Shown piece by piece: positions 19,485-28,567 of a stretch of 57,086 nucleotides of DNA. The notes beneath the pieces were generated by a model. That model did no database searches. It was given only the letters and a program-made list of their open reading frames with translations, and was not told where the DNA came from. The stretch is from an uncultured Planctomycetales bacterium (GTDB taxonomy: Bacteria; Omnitrophota; Gorgyraeia; Gygaellales; Profunditerraquicolaceae): positions 1-57,086 of the forward strand of contig CAZAPM010000008.1 in NCBI GenBank assembly GCA_964487475.1. The letters are read 5' to 3'. A program made the translations under genes and the position numbers. Each line of letters begins with the position of its first letter. The first letter of the stretch is position 1.

Positions 19485-20531
19485 ATGCCTCAATATGATC
19501 TAAATCTTCGAGAGTATCTTCGTATTTTCCGCAAGAGAAGTTATGCCATAATCGCCGTATTCCTTCCCGTCACTCTCGGCAGCGCGTTATACCTTTCTTC
19601 GCAGCCCGCTCATTACAGGGCCGACGCCACCATCAAGATCGAAGAGCGCAAGACCATCGCCGGTATGCTCACGGAGTGGATCATGTTCAATCCCGGCGAT
19701 ATCATGGAAACCCATACCCAGACCATCAAAGCATACCCGGTGCTCAAGCGCACCGCGGAGGAAATCGGGCTGCTGGCTCCCCAGGCAGACACGGAGGCGG
19801 CGAACGCCGCGGTCAGCGCCCTGCAGGGACAGATCGAGACCGAACGGGTCAGCCGGACCAACATGATCCGCATCATCGCGACCGCCGATACACCCAAAAA
19901 AGCCATGGACATGGCCAACACCGTGGCCCGGGTGTATATCGACGAAAATATGCGGGAAAAATCCACGCAAGCCAGACAAGTGCGAAGTTTCATCGAAGAG
20001 CAGCTGGCTTCCCTGGAAACACAGCTTAAACGATCCGAAGAAAAGCTCAGCTCCTTTTCCGAACAGGTCCGGAACATCTCCCTGTCCGGACCTATCCAGT
20101 CGAGACTGGTCGACTTACAGTTCAGCCTCGCGGAATTGCTGCAGCAGTACACGGAGAAGCATCCGAAGGTCCTGCAGTTGCAGGAGCAGATCTCCCGGAT
20201 CGAATCGCAGCTTACCACCATGTCCAGCCAGGAGCTGGAATATACCCGCATTTCCCGGGAGATCGAAGTGAATAAAAAGCTCTTCTCCATGCTGAAGGAG
20301 AAGCTGGAAGAGGCGAAGATCAACGACGCGCAGAGAGTGGAGGATATCACCGTGGTCAATCCGGCGTTCCTGCCGCAGGTGCCGGTATCCAGTGCGATAC
20401 ACGGCGCAAAATTGCTCACGAGCGCCTTCGTGGGGCTGCTGCTCGGGCTTACCGTAGCCTTCATCCTGGAGGCCCTGGACACTTCCCTCAACATTATCAA
20501 AGAGGTGAAAAAAAACCGGGAGGGACGCTGA
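19485..20531 (+). CDS. Polysaccharide co-polymerase (Wzz/Wzc N-terminal part) without a tyrosine-kinase domain
   Basis: DLNLREYLRIFRKR, two TM helices flanking a coiled coil, YTEKHPKV, Pro-rich PAFLP before TM2. Ends at EALDTSL...EGR. Confidence 0.8.
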   Translation: MPQYDLNLREYLRIFRKRSYAIIAVFLPVTLGSALYLSSQPAHYRADATIKIEERKTIAGMLTEWIMFNPGDIMETHTQTIKAYPVLKRTAEEIGLLAPQADTEAANAAVSALQGQIETERVSRTNMIRIIATADTPKKAMDMANTVARVYIDENMREKSTQARQVRSFIEEQLASLETQLKRSEEKLSSFSEQVRNISLSGPIQSRLVDLQFSLAELLQQYTEKHPKVLQLQEQISRIESQLTTMSSQELEYTRISREIEVNKKLFSMLKEKLEEAKINDAQRVEDITVVNPAFLPQVPVSSAIHGAKLLTSAFVGLLLGLTVAFILEALDTSLNIIKEVKKNREGR

Positions 20532-22420
20532 TGGGGGGCATCTGCGGGATTTGGCATTTTGATAAGGCTGCGGCTGTCGATCGCGGCCGCATCGATGCCA
20601 TGATCGCCCATATGCACCACCGCGGACCGGACAGCAAAGGCACTTTCATCAGCGGCCAGGTAGGCTTGGGAGCAGCCAGGCTGAAAGTCCTCGATCCGGA
20701 ACACGGGGACCAGCCGATCTACAACGAGGACCGCAGCGTCGCGGTGGTCTTCAACGGAGAGATCTACAATTACCGCGGTGTGCGCGCGCTGCTGGAAGAC
20801 AAAGGACACCGTTTCTCCACCGCCACGGACACGGAAGTGATCGTGCACGCCTGGGAATCCTACGGCCGCATGAGCCTGGAACTGCTGCGGGGAATGTTCG
20901 CCTTCGCGCTCTATGACCACCGCACCCGGGAACTTTTCGTCGCCCGTGACCGTCTGGGGATCAAACCGCTTTATCTGTTCCGGGACCAGGCGATCCTGGC
21001 CTTCGCCTCCGAGATCAAGCCGCTCTTCGAGGCCGACTGCTCGCGTATCCCCAGGGCCATCGATCCGTATGCGCTCGATGAGTTCTTAAGCCTGCGCTAC
21101 TGTATCGAACCGCGCACCATATTCGACAAGATAGAAACGCTGCCTCCCGGATACTGCCTTTCGGTAAAGAACGGTTCCTGCGAGATGTCCCGCTACTGGG
21201 ACCTGCGTTTCCATGCGGCCTCGAAAAAAGCCTTACGTCCCGGGCAGACTGCGGAAAAATGCCTGGAACTGCTGGACGGGTCCACGGCGCTGCATTTGGC
21301 CAGCGACGTGCCGATAGGCGCTTATTTAAGCGGAGGGGTCGATTCCTCCGCGATCGTGCAGCTGATGCAGGCGCACTCGGGACAGCCGGTACACACCTTT
21401 TCCGTGGGATACCCCCAGGATGCGCGCAGCTACGACGAAACCCCCTTTGCCCGGTTTGCCGCGGAGGTGCTGCGAAGCAGCCATCAGAGCCTGGCGATGA
21501 ACGCGGAGGATTTCCGCGCACTGCTGCCGCTGTACGTGCGCCACCAGGAGCAGCCACTCGGAGACGCATCCCTGGTGCCGTTCCTGTTCCTCTCCCGCCA
21601 CGCCTCACGCTCCATGAAAGTCATGCTTTCCGGCATGGGAGGGGATGAGTTCTTCTTCGGATACCCGGAGATGCGCGATGCCGTGGTCAACCTGGCCTTA
21701 AGCCGCCTGACCAGAGGCACACTGACGCAACGAGGGATACTGGCGGCATTTTCCCGCGGCGCGTATCCTCCCGGGATACTCCGGGGGCTAGCGCGCATCG
21801 CATTCTTCCCTCCCCGTGCCTTTATGCTGCCCCGCTATTTCCAGCCCGCGCATAAGGACCTGCTTTACGGTGAAGCGCTGCGCGACGCCAAAGTACGCCA
21901 CCACACCGATCAGGCGATCAAAGCCGTGCTGCTGCAGGCGCCGGAGGGGGCAAACGCCTATCAGCAAACCCTCTATGTCTGGACGAAAACCATGCTGGCT
22001 TCCAATATACTGCAGGGAAGCGATAAAGCCAGCATGGCCGCCTCCATTGAAATGCGCGTACCGCTGCTCGACCATACCCTGGTGGAATTCCTGGCGAACA
22101 CGCCCCTGAACATACTCTACGCCTCAGGGAGATACAAGTACCTGCTCAAGCGCTCCATGCGCCACCGTCTGCCTGCCCACATACTGGAGAGGAAAAGAAC
22201 GGGGTTCCAGACTCCCGAGGTACCCTGGCTCTGCGGTGCGCTGCGCCCAACGATAGAAGAAACTCTGCGTCAAAGCCGGGGAGTACGCTACGGTTATTTC
22301 TCCGGCAAAGGGATCGAGACCCTGCTTCGTTCGTTCACCCGGGAAGATCCCGCGGCAGTAAGAAGGATATGGCTGCTCTACCTGTTCGAATTATGGCATA
22401 AGGAGTTCTTCGGCGCATGA
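20531..22420 (+). CDS. asnB: Asparagine synthase B-like amidotransferase/ligase with a non-canonical N-terminus (MGGICG)
   Basis: HRGPD, FNGEIYN, TDTEV, RDRLGIKPLY, LSGGVDSS, SGMGGDE, EMRVPLLD. Start overlaps the upstream TGA. Confidence 0.85.
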   Translation: MGGICGIWHFDKAAAVDRGRIDAMIAHMHHRGPDSKGTFISGQVGLGAARLKVLDPEHGDQPIYNEDRSVAVVFNGEIYNYRGVRALLEDKGHRFSTATDTEVIVHAWESYGRMSLELLRGMFAFALYDHRTRELFVARDRLGIKPLYLFRDQAILAFASEIKPLFEADCSRIPRAIDPYALDEFLSLRYCIEPRTIFDKIETLPPGYCLSVKNGSCEMSRYWDLRFHAASKKALRPGQTAEKCLELLDGSTALHLASDVPIGAYLSGGVDSSAIVQLMQAHSGQPVHTFSVGYPQDARSYDETPFARFAAEVLRSSHQSLAMNAEDFRALLPLYVRHQEQPLGDASLVPFLFLSRHASRSMKVMLSGMGGDEFFFGYPEMRDAVVNLALSRLTRGTLTQRGILAAFSRGAYPPGILRGLARIAFFPPRAFMLPRYFQPAHKDLLYGEALRDAKVRHHTDQAIKAVLLQAPEGANAYQQTLYVWTKTMLASNILQGSDKASMAASIEMRVPLLDHTLVEFLANTPLNILYASGRYKYLLKRSMRHRLPAHILERKRTGFQTPEVPWLCGALRPTIEETLRQSRGVRYGYFSGKGIETLLRSFTREDPAAVRRIWLLYLFELWHKEFFGA

Positions 22421-22470
22421 CCGGATCACGGGATTGCGCATGAGTTCCCTCTTTCGAAAGGAGATCGCAC

Positions 22471-23520
22471 GTGGATCTGCATAGCTTCCAGTATAAGCGC
22501 ATACTCGTCATCAATTTGGGAGGCATCGGGGACGTCCTGCTCTCGACGCCTGCGCTGCGTACGCTGAAGAACACCTATCCCTTTGCGGAGATCAGCATGC
22601 TGGTGGTCCCCAGGGTAGTTCCCCTGGCAGAACGACTTCCGTACATCACCCGGGTATATTCCTTCCAGAAGACCGGATTCGACCTTTTCGATGCCGTACA
22701 GAACATCCCCAACCTGATGCTGCTGCGCAACGGCAAATTCCACCTCGCGATCAACATGCGCAGGATCAGTTCGCTGGAAAGTTCGCGCAAATTACAGATG
22801 ATATTGAATATCATCCGGCCCGCGCAAACCGCCGGCAGGAACACGGAAGCGCGGGGAGGATTCTTCACCATCAGCATACCCGAAGAGGACTTGACGAAAA
22901 CCTCCGAGATGGACCACGACCTTGCCCTGGTCGAACAGCTGGGGGTCAAAATAAGCGACCGGGCTATCGATTTCCCCCTGCGCAGCGAGGACAACACCGC
23001 GGTCGAGAGGATCATGAAACGCTATGACCGGGAGTTACACACCCCGATAATCGTAGTGCAACCGGGAGGCAAGCCGGGAAAGCGCTGGATGAAAGACCGT
23101 TTCTCCCAGCTGATCAACCGGCTGCGCACCTCAACCGACGCGTTCTACGTCATCACCGGGTCGAAGGAAGAACGCGGGTTAGCGGCGCACATCGCTTCCT
23201 CGGCCGGGACGGATGCGGCCAATCTGGCGGGTAAACTCACCATATTCCAGACCGGCGCGCTGCTGAAAAAAGCCAAACTTTTCATTACCAACGATAACGG
23301 TATGATGCATGTGGCCGCTGGATTGCAGGTGCCCATGGTGGCAATGCTTACCCCCGGCAGCATCAGCCGGTACGATCCCCGGATAGTGGACCCGAAAGCC
23401 CTGGTGCTCTGGAAGGAGCCTCCCTGCGCGCCGTGCATCCGCGACGACTGCACCGATCCGGCCTGTCTTCAGGATATCAGCGTGGAAGAAGCCCTGGAAG
23501 CCTGCCTCACATTCCTATGA
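22471..23520 (+). CDS. GT9 (heptosyltransferase-like) glycosyltransferase
   Basis: ILVINLGGIGDVLLSTPALRTLK, NLAGKLT, ITNDNGMMHVAAG, PPCAPC. GTG start with AAGGAG RBS. Confidence 0.9.
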   Translation: MDLHSFQYKRILVINLGGIGDVLLSTPALRTLKNTYPFAEISMLVVPRVVPLAERLPYITRVYSFQKTGFDLFDAVQNIPNLMLLRNGKFHLAINMRRISSLESSRKLQMILNIIRPAQTAGRNTEARGGFFTISIPEEDLTKTSEMDHDLALVEQLGVKISDRAIDFPLRSEDNTAVERIMKRYDRELHTPIIVVQPGGKPGKRWMKDRFSQLINRLRTSTDAFYVITGSKEERGLAAHIASSAGTDAANLAGKLTIFQTGALLKKAKLFITNDNGMMHVAAGLQVPMVAMLTPGSISRYDPRIVDPKALVLWKEPPCAPCIRDDCTDPACLQDISVEEALEACLTFL

Positions 23521-23573
23521 GCATGCTTTCCCGTATCTATAACCGGCGCCGAAACCCGCTTTCATCATATGTA

Positions 23574-23602
23574 TTGACACTAAAAAACCCGAGCATTAGA
23601 AT
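23574..23602 (+). promoter_or_regulatory. sigma70 promoter, 9 nt before the wza-like ATG
   Basis: TTGACA-17 nt-TAGAAT. Confidence 0.7.
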
Positions 23603-23611
23603 GGTGGAAGA

Positions 23612-24499
23612 ATGCTTACCACACTGACGATCCGGGTTCTGATGGTATGGTGCATCATGACCGCGCTTCCGGGAAATACCGTTCATGCCGAGCCTGCGCG
23701 CGCGGAAGAAGCCATGGATCTGTATCGGAAGGGCAACGATCTCTACTCGCAAGGCAGCTACCGGCAAGCCCAGGAATACTATAAGAAAGCCGCCGAGCTG
23801 ATGAGAACGGCAGAACTCGAACCTCCGCAGGAAGCGGAGCACCGGCCTTCTGCGCACCCGGCCCCGCAGGAGGCGGGGCACCGGCCACTACCTCTTGGGC
23901 CGGGTGCGCAAGGAACAGAGGCGAGGGGTGAGTATACGATCGGGCAGGGGGACATCATCCATCTTTCCGTATGGCAGAATCCCGACTTGGAGCAGGAGAC
24001 CGTGGTGCGGCCCGATGGCAAGATCTCCGTACCCCTGGTCGGAGACATCCCTGCGGTAGGCCTTACCCTTACCCAGCTCGACGATTCCATCACCCGGCAG
24101 CTCCGTGAATTCATCCGCCGGCCGGAAGTATCCCTTTCCATCAGCAAGCTGGGGGGCAATAAAGTACTGGTCTTAGGAGCGGTCAATGCACCCGGAGTCT
24201 ACTCCGTCAACGGCCAGAAAAGCGTACTGGAGGCGATCAGCCTGGCACAGGGGTTCCACAAGGATGCCGCACCCACCAGCGTGATCCTTATCCGGGGAGG
24301 TCTGCGCAGCCCCGTACCACAGCGCTTAAACCTGGCCAAGGCGCTCAGAGGGATGCCGAGAGAGAACACGACCCTGCTGCCGGAAGATGTCATCTACGTG
24401 CCGCGCAAGTTCATCGCGGACGTCAATTACGTCCTTTCCCAGATCCTTGACCCCATCGCCAAAGGGGTATACACCGCCAAGGAACTGCAGACGTTTTAA
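23612..24499 (+). CDS. Wza/Poly_export-SLBB polysaccharide export protein with an N-terminal TPR-like repeat
   Basis: YTIGQGDIIHLSVW, VRPDGKISVPLVGDI, VLVLGAVNAPG, LLPEDVIYVP, C-terminal amphipathic helix. Confidence 0.85.
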   Translation: MLTTLTIRVLMVWCIMTALPGNTVHAEPARAEEAMDLYRKGNDLYSQGSYRQAQEYYKKAAELMRTAELEPPQEAEHRPSAHPAPQEAGHRPLPLGPGAQGTEARGEYTIGQGDIIHLSVWQNPDLEQETVVRPDGKISVPLVGDIPAVGLTLTQLDDSITRQLREFIRRPEVSLSISKLGGNKVLVLGAVNAPGVYSVNGQKSVLEAISLAQGFHKDAAPTSVILIRGGLRSPVPQRLNLAKALRGMPRENTTLLPEDVIYVPRKFIADVNYVLSQILDPIAKGVYTAKELQTF

Positions 24500-24501
24500 T
24501 A

Positions 24502-24530
24502 TTGACAATCCCCCGAATATCGTTTATAGT
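24502..24530 (+). promoter_or_regulatory. sigma70 promoter of the pgk operon
   Basis: TTGACA-17 nt-TATAGT. GGAGG RBS at 24546-24550. Confidence 0.75.
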
Positions 24531-24556
24531 AAAGCCTTTCAATCTGGAGGAAAACC

Positions 24557-25741
24557 ATGGCTAAAATGACCCTTAAAGACCTCGAACTCAAGGATAAGAC
24601 CGTACTGATGCGCGCGGATTTCAACGTGCCGCAGGATGCGAACCTGAACATCACCGACGACAACCGTATCCGCGCCACGCTTCCTTCCATTACCTATATA
24701 CTGGAGCACGGGGCCAAAAAGCTCGTGCTCATGAGCCACCTGGGCAGGCCTGACGGCAAACCCGTGGCCAAGTACAGCCTCAAACCCGTGGCCGAGAGGC
24801 TCGCGGCCCTGACCGGGACAAAAGTCTGCTTTGTGCCGGAGTGCGTGGGGGAATCGGTGCAAAAGGCCGTTTCCGGCGCTTCCGAGAAGATCGTGCTCCT
24901 GGAGAACCTCCGCTATCATGCCGAAGAAGAGGCCAATGACCCGAACTTCGCCAAAGCCCTGGCTTCTCTGGGAGATATCTACGTCAATGACGCCTTCGGC
25001 ACGGCGCACCGGGCGCACGCGTCGACCGAGGGAGTGGCGCATTATTTAACCTCGGCCGCCGGACTCCTCCTGGAAAAAGAGATCAAATACTTAGGGGACG
25101 CGGTGGAGAATCCCGCCAAGCCTTACATGATCATCCTGGGAGGCTCGAAAGTCTCCGACAAGATCAAACTGATAGAGAACCTGCTGCCGAAATGCGACGC
25201 CATCCTGATCGGCGGAGGCATGGCCTACACCTTCCTCAAAGCCAAAGGGGTGGAGATAGGCAACTCCAAGCTGGAAAAGGACAAGGTGGATTACGCCAAG
25301 GGCCTTTTGGATAAAGCGGCGCAGCTGCACAAAGAGATCCTCCTGCCGGTGGACAACGTGGCAGTGGAGACGGTGGATGCCAACGCCAAGACCGAGCTGG
25401 TGGGAGAAGCGGTTCCCGCCGGCAAGATCGGGGTGGACATCGGCCCTAAGAGCATCGCGCTTTTCAAACAGAAGCTTTCCTCGGCCAAAACCGTGGTATG
25501 GAACGGCCCGGTGGGGATATTCGAGATGGACGCCTTCGCCCAAGGGACCAAAGCGCTGATGGATTTCCTCTCCACCCTCAAAGGAGTCAACACCATCATC
25601 GGCGGAGGGGATACCGCGGCCGCGGCGGCGAAATTCAAGGTAGAGGATAAGATGACGCACATTTCAACCGGCGGCGGGGCCAGCCTGGAACTGCTGGAAG
25701 GCAAAGTGCTTCCCGGCATCGCCGCGCTTACGGAGAGATGA
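24557..25741 (+). CDS. pgk: Phosphoglycerate kinase
   Basis: RADFNVP, SHLGRP, LENLRY, NDAFGTAHRAHAS, GGSKVSDKI, HISTGGGASLE. Confidence 0.98.
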   Translation: MAKMTLKDLELKDKTVLMRADFNVPQDANLNITDDNRIRATLPSITYILEHGAKKLVLMSHLGRPDGKPVAKYSLKPVAERLAALTGTKVCFVPECVGESVQKAVSGASEKIVLLENLRYHAEEEANDPNFAKALASLGDIYVNDAFGTAHRAHASTEGVAHYLTSAAGLLLEKEIKYLGDAVENPAKPYMIILGGSKVSDKIKLIENLLPKCDAILIGGGMAYTFLKAKGVEIGNSKLEKDKVDYAKGLLDKAAQLHKEILLPVDNVAVETVDANAKTELVGEAVPAGKIGVDIGPKSIALFKQKLSSAKTVVWNGPVGIFEMDAFAQGTKALMDFLSTLKGVNTIIGGGDTAAAAAKFKVEDKMTHISTGGGASLELLEGKVLPGIAALTER

Positions 25742-25747
25742 TCAGCC

Positions 25748-26521
25748 ATGAGAAAAACCATCATTGCCGGTAACTGGAAGATGTACAAGACCATCAGCGA
25801 AGCGCTGGAACTGGTCAACGGGCTCAAACGCGAAGTGTATTCTCTGCCGGATGGCGTATGCGAATGCGTGGTCTGCCCGCCCTTCACCGCCTTAAGCGAA
25901 GTCTCCGAGCTTCTCGCCGAGACCGTCATCTCCTTAGGCGCACAGAACTGCCACTGGATGGAGGAGGGAGCCTTTACCGGAGAAGTCTCCTGCAAGATGC
26001 TCAAGGACGCAGGATGCGCCTATGTCATCATCGGGCATTCGGAACGGCGCCAGTATTTCGGAGAGACCAACGAAACCGTCAACAAAAAAATCAGATCCGT
26101 CCTGGCCGCGGGCCTGACCCCCATCCTCTGCATCGGGGAGACCCTGCAGCAGAGAGAGGCCGGAAAGACCTTTGACGTGATCAAGGACCATCTGGAAGGC
26201 GGGTTGCAGGGGATCGCCGCCGAAGAGATGGAGAAGATCGTCGTAGCCTACGAACCGGTGTGGGCGATCGGCACAGGCAAGACCGCGACGAGCGCCCAGG
26301 CCCAGGAAGTGCACCATTACGCCAGAGAGCTCCTGGCAGGGCGGTACTCCCGCAAATGCGCGGATGCCGTGCGTATCCAGTACGGAGGAAGCGTCAAACC
26401 CGAGAACATAACCGAATTGATCCAGCAAAAGGATATCGACGGCGCGCTCGTGGGAGGCGCCAGCTTGACCGTCTCCTCTTTTGCCCAGATCGTGAAAAAA
26501 GCCAGCGAGGTTTCCAAATGA
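25748..26521 (+). CDS. tpiA: Triosephosphate isomerase
   Basis: AGNWKM, IGHSERR, AYEPVWAIGTG, YGGSVKP, LVGGASL. Confidence 0.98.
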   Translation: MRKTIIAGNWKMYKTISEALELVNGLKREVYSLPDGVCECVVCPPFTALSEVSELLAETVISLGAQNCHWMEEGAFTGEVSCKMLKDAGCAYVIIGHSERRQYFGETNETVNKKIRSVLAAGLTPILCIGETLQQREAGKTFDVIKDHLEGGLQGIAAEEMEKIVVAYEPVWAIGTGKTATSAQAQEVHHYARELLAGRYSRKCADAVRIQYGGSVKPENITELIQQKDIDGALVGGASLTVSSFAQIVKKASEVSK

Positions 26522-26898
26522 ACGTGCTCATCACCATCATCCATGTGATCGTATGCCTTATCCTTATCGCCATCGTGCTTATCCAGCGCGGAAGGGGAGG
26601 AGGAGGGCTGGTGGAGGGGTTGTCCGGAGTGGAATCCATGTTCGGCACCAAGACCACCGCATTCTTGACCAAGACCACCACCATCTGTTCGGTGATATTT
26701 TTCCTCACCTGCCTGTCCCTGGCCCTGCTTTCGGTCAGGCAAAGCCGGTCGCTTTTGCACGGCAAGAACGTAGCCGCGCCGGCCGCCGCTTCGGCTTCTG
26801 CCGCAGCGGAGACCGCAGCAGAGGCACCGGCAGCTGTTCCGGCTCCGGCTCCGGCTCCGGCAACCACGGTACCCGAAGGAACCGCGAAAACAAAATAA
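26518..26898 (+). CDS. secG: Preprotein translocase subunit SecG with an Ala/Pro-rich tail
   Basis: Two TM helices, LIQRGRGGG, FLTKTTTI. ATGA overlap with tpiA, and pgk-tpiA-secG synteny. Confidence 0.92.
   Translation: MNVLITIIHVIVCLILIAIVLIQRGRGGGGLVEGLSGVESMFGTKTTAFLTKTTTICSVIFFLTCLSLALLSVRQSRSLLHGKNVAAPAAASASAAAETAAEAPAAVPAPAPAPATTVPEGTAKTK
26839..26861 (+). repeat. CCGGCT hexamer microsatellite (about 4 copies) encoding PAPAPAPA in the SecG tail
   Basis: ccggct ccggct ccggct ccggc read directly. Confidence 0.8.
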
Positions 26899-26907
26899 AC
26901 GCGATCC

Positions 26908-28563
26908 GTGACCACACGAGCGCGATACGGTAGAAAAGACAAGAGAGCGCGGCCGCTGAATGCGGCTGCGCTTTTTTGCTTTTTCTGCGCGCTTTACCCG
27001 TCATCCGCGCGCACGCAGAGCGTTCCCGCTGAAAAATACGGGGATGCCTATGTGACCTCCTCCATCTCGGACGCCCGCACCCTGATGCCCCTGCTGGCCT
27101 CGGATACCGCCTCCTCCGCAGTGACCGGAATGATCTTCAACGGCCTGGTCAAATATGACAAGGACCTGCGCCTGACCGGCGACCTGGCACAGCGCTGGGA
27201 TATCGAGGATGACGGCGTCACCATTATTTTTCACCTTCGGCCCGGGGTACGCTGGCATGACGGCGCGCCTTTTACCGCCGCGGACGTGGAGTTCACCTAC
27301 CGCACCCTCATCGACCCCAAGGTCAAAACGCCCTACAGCGGCGATTTCGAAAGAGTTAAATCCCTGGAGGTCATCGACCCTTTGACGGTCAAGGTGACGT
27401 ACAAGGAGCCCTTTTCTCCCGGACTTTCCAGCTGGGGGATGCCCATGATCCCGAAACATCTGCTGGAGGGAAAGGACCTTAACTCATCCCAATTCGCCCG
27501 CCGGCCGGTCGGCACCGGTCCGTACCGTTTCGTCCGCTGGAACTCTCAGGACCTGATCGAACTCTCGTCCTTCCGGGAGTATTTCGAAGGACGGCCGAAG
27601 ATCGACCGTTACTTCTCCCTGGTGATACCCGACGAATCCATGCAGTTCCTGCAGCTCATCACCCAGGGCACGGATGCCGCGGGACTGACCCCGCTGCAGT
27701 TCATCCGCCAGAGCGATCATTCCGCCTTTACCCGGCACTACCGGAAGTTCCGTTACCCGAGCTTCTCCTACGTCTACCTCGGCTATAACCTCGCGCATCC
27801 GCTCTTTTCCTCCCCGCGCGTGCGCACCGCCCTTAACCTGGCCGTGGACAAGAAAGAGATCATCGACATCGTGCTCCTGGGACTGGGCAAACCGGCTACC
27901 GGCCCGTTCCTTCCCGATTCCTGGGCCTACAACCCCGAGGTAAGACCCGCTCCCTACGATCCGGACCAGGCGAGGAGCATCCTGCAGCAGGAAGGATGGA
28001 GCGACTCCGACCGGGACGGGATACTGGATAAGGAAGGGGTCCCCTTTGCGTTCACGGTGATCACCAACCAGGGCAACGAGGAGCGCCTGAAGGTCGCGCA
28101 GATCGTTCAGCGCAGGCTTTCGGCGATCGGGATCAAGGTCAAGATCAAAGTGGTGGAGTGGAGCGTCTTCCTGACCGAGCACATCGGCCGCAGGAATTTC
28201 GATGCCGTGCTGCTGGGCTGGTCCATTCCGCTCGATCCGGACAACTACGATATCTGGCACTCCTCCAAGACCAAAGAAGGGGAGTTCAACTTCGTGGGAT
28301 ACCGTAACCGGGAAGTGGACGAACTGCTCACGCAGGCCCGCCGGACCTTCGACCAGTCCAGCCGGCAGAGGATGTACCGTCAGGTGCACCGGCTGATCTA
28401 CGAGGACCAGCCGTACCTTTTCCTGTATGTCCCTGACACGCTTTTCGCCCTGCACCGCCGTTTCCAGAACGTGGCGCCTGCGCCGGCGGGATTAGGATAC
28501 AATTTCATCGAGTGGTGGGTCCCGGAAGGCTCCCGGAAATACAAACCGCTGTTGGAACCGTAA
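26908..28563 (+). CDS. Peptide/nickel ABC transporter substrate-binding protein (family 5)
   Basis: IFNGLVKYD, LAQRW, VRWHDGAPFTAADVEFT, PVGTGPY, VRTALNLAVDK. Exact start uncertain. Confidence 0.9.
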   Translation: MTTRARYGRKDKRARPLNAAALFCFFCALYPSSARTQSVPAEKYGDAYVTSSISDARTLMPLLASDTASSAVTGMIFNGLVKYDKDLRLTGDLAQRWDIEDDGVTIIFHLRPGVRWHDGAPFTAADVEFTYRTLIDPKVKTPYSGDFERVKSLEVIDPLTVKVTYKEPFSPGLSSWGMPMIPKHLLEGKDLNSSQFARRPVGTGPYRFVRWNSQDLIELSSFREYFEGRPKIDRYFSLVIPDESMQFLQLITQGTDAAGLTPLQFIRQSDHSAFTRHYRKFRYPSFSYVYLGYNLAHPLFSSPRVRTALNLAVDKKEIIDIVLLGLGKPATGPFLPDSWAYNPEVRPAPYDPDQARSILQQEGWSDSDRDGILDKEGVPFAFTVITNQGNEERLKVAQIVQRRLSAIGIKVKIKVVEWSVFLTEHIGRRNFDAVLLGWSIPLDPDNYDIWHSSKTKEGEFNFVGYRNREVDELLTQARRTFDQSSRQRMYRQVHRLIYEDQPYLFLYVPDTLFALHRRFQNVAPAPAGLGYNFIEWWVPEGSRKYKPLLEP

Positions 28564-28567
28564 CCTT

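Noticed and set aside
22471-23520. GT9 gene looks somewhat more AT-rich, suggesting horizontal acquisition
   Set aside because: A visual impression only. There are no flanking repeats, integrase or IS, and a computed GC/codon profile would be needed.
23517-23627. 36-aa ORF coupled to the GT9 stop
   Set aside because: It crosses the wza promoter, has no RBS and shows no compositional signal.
26899-26907. Possible tRNA after secG, as in many bacteria
   Set aside because: Only 9 nt separate secG from the next gene, and no cloverleaf is visible.
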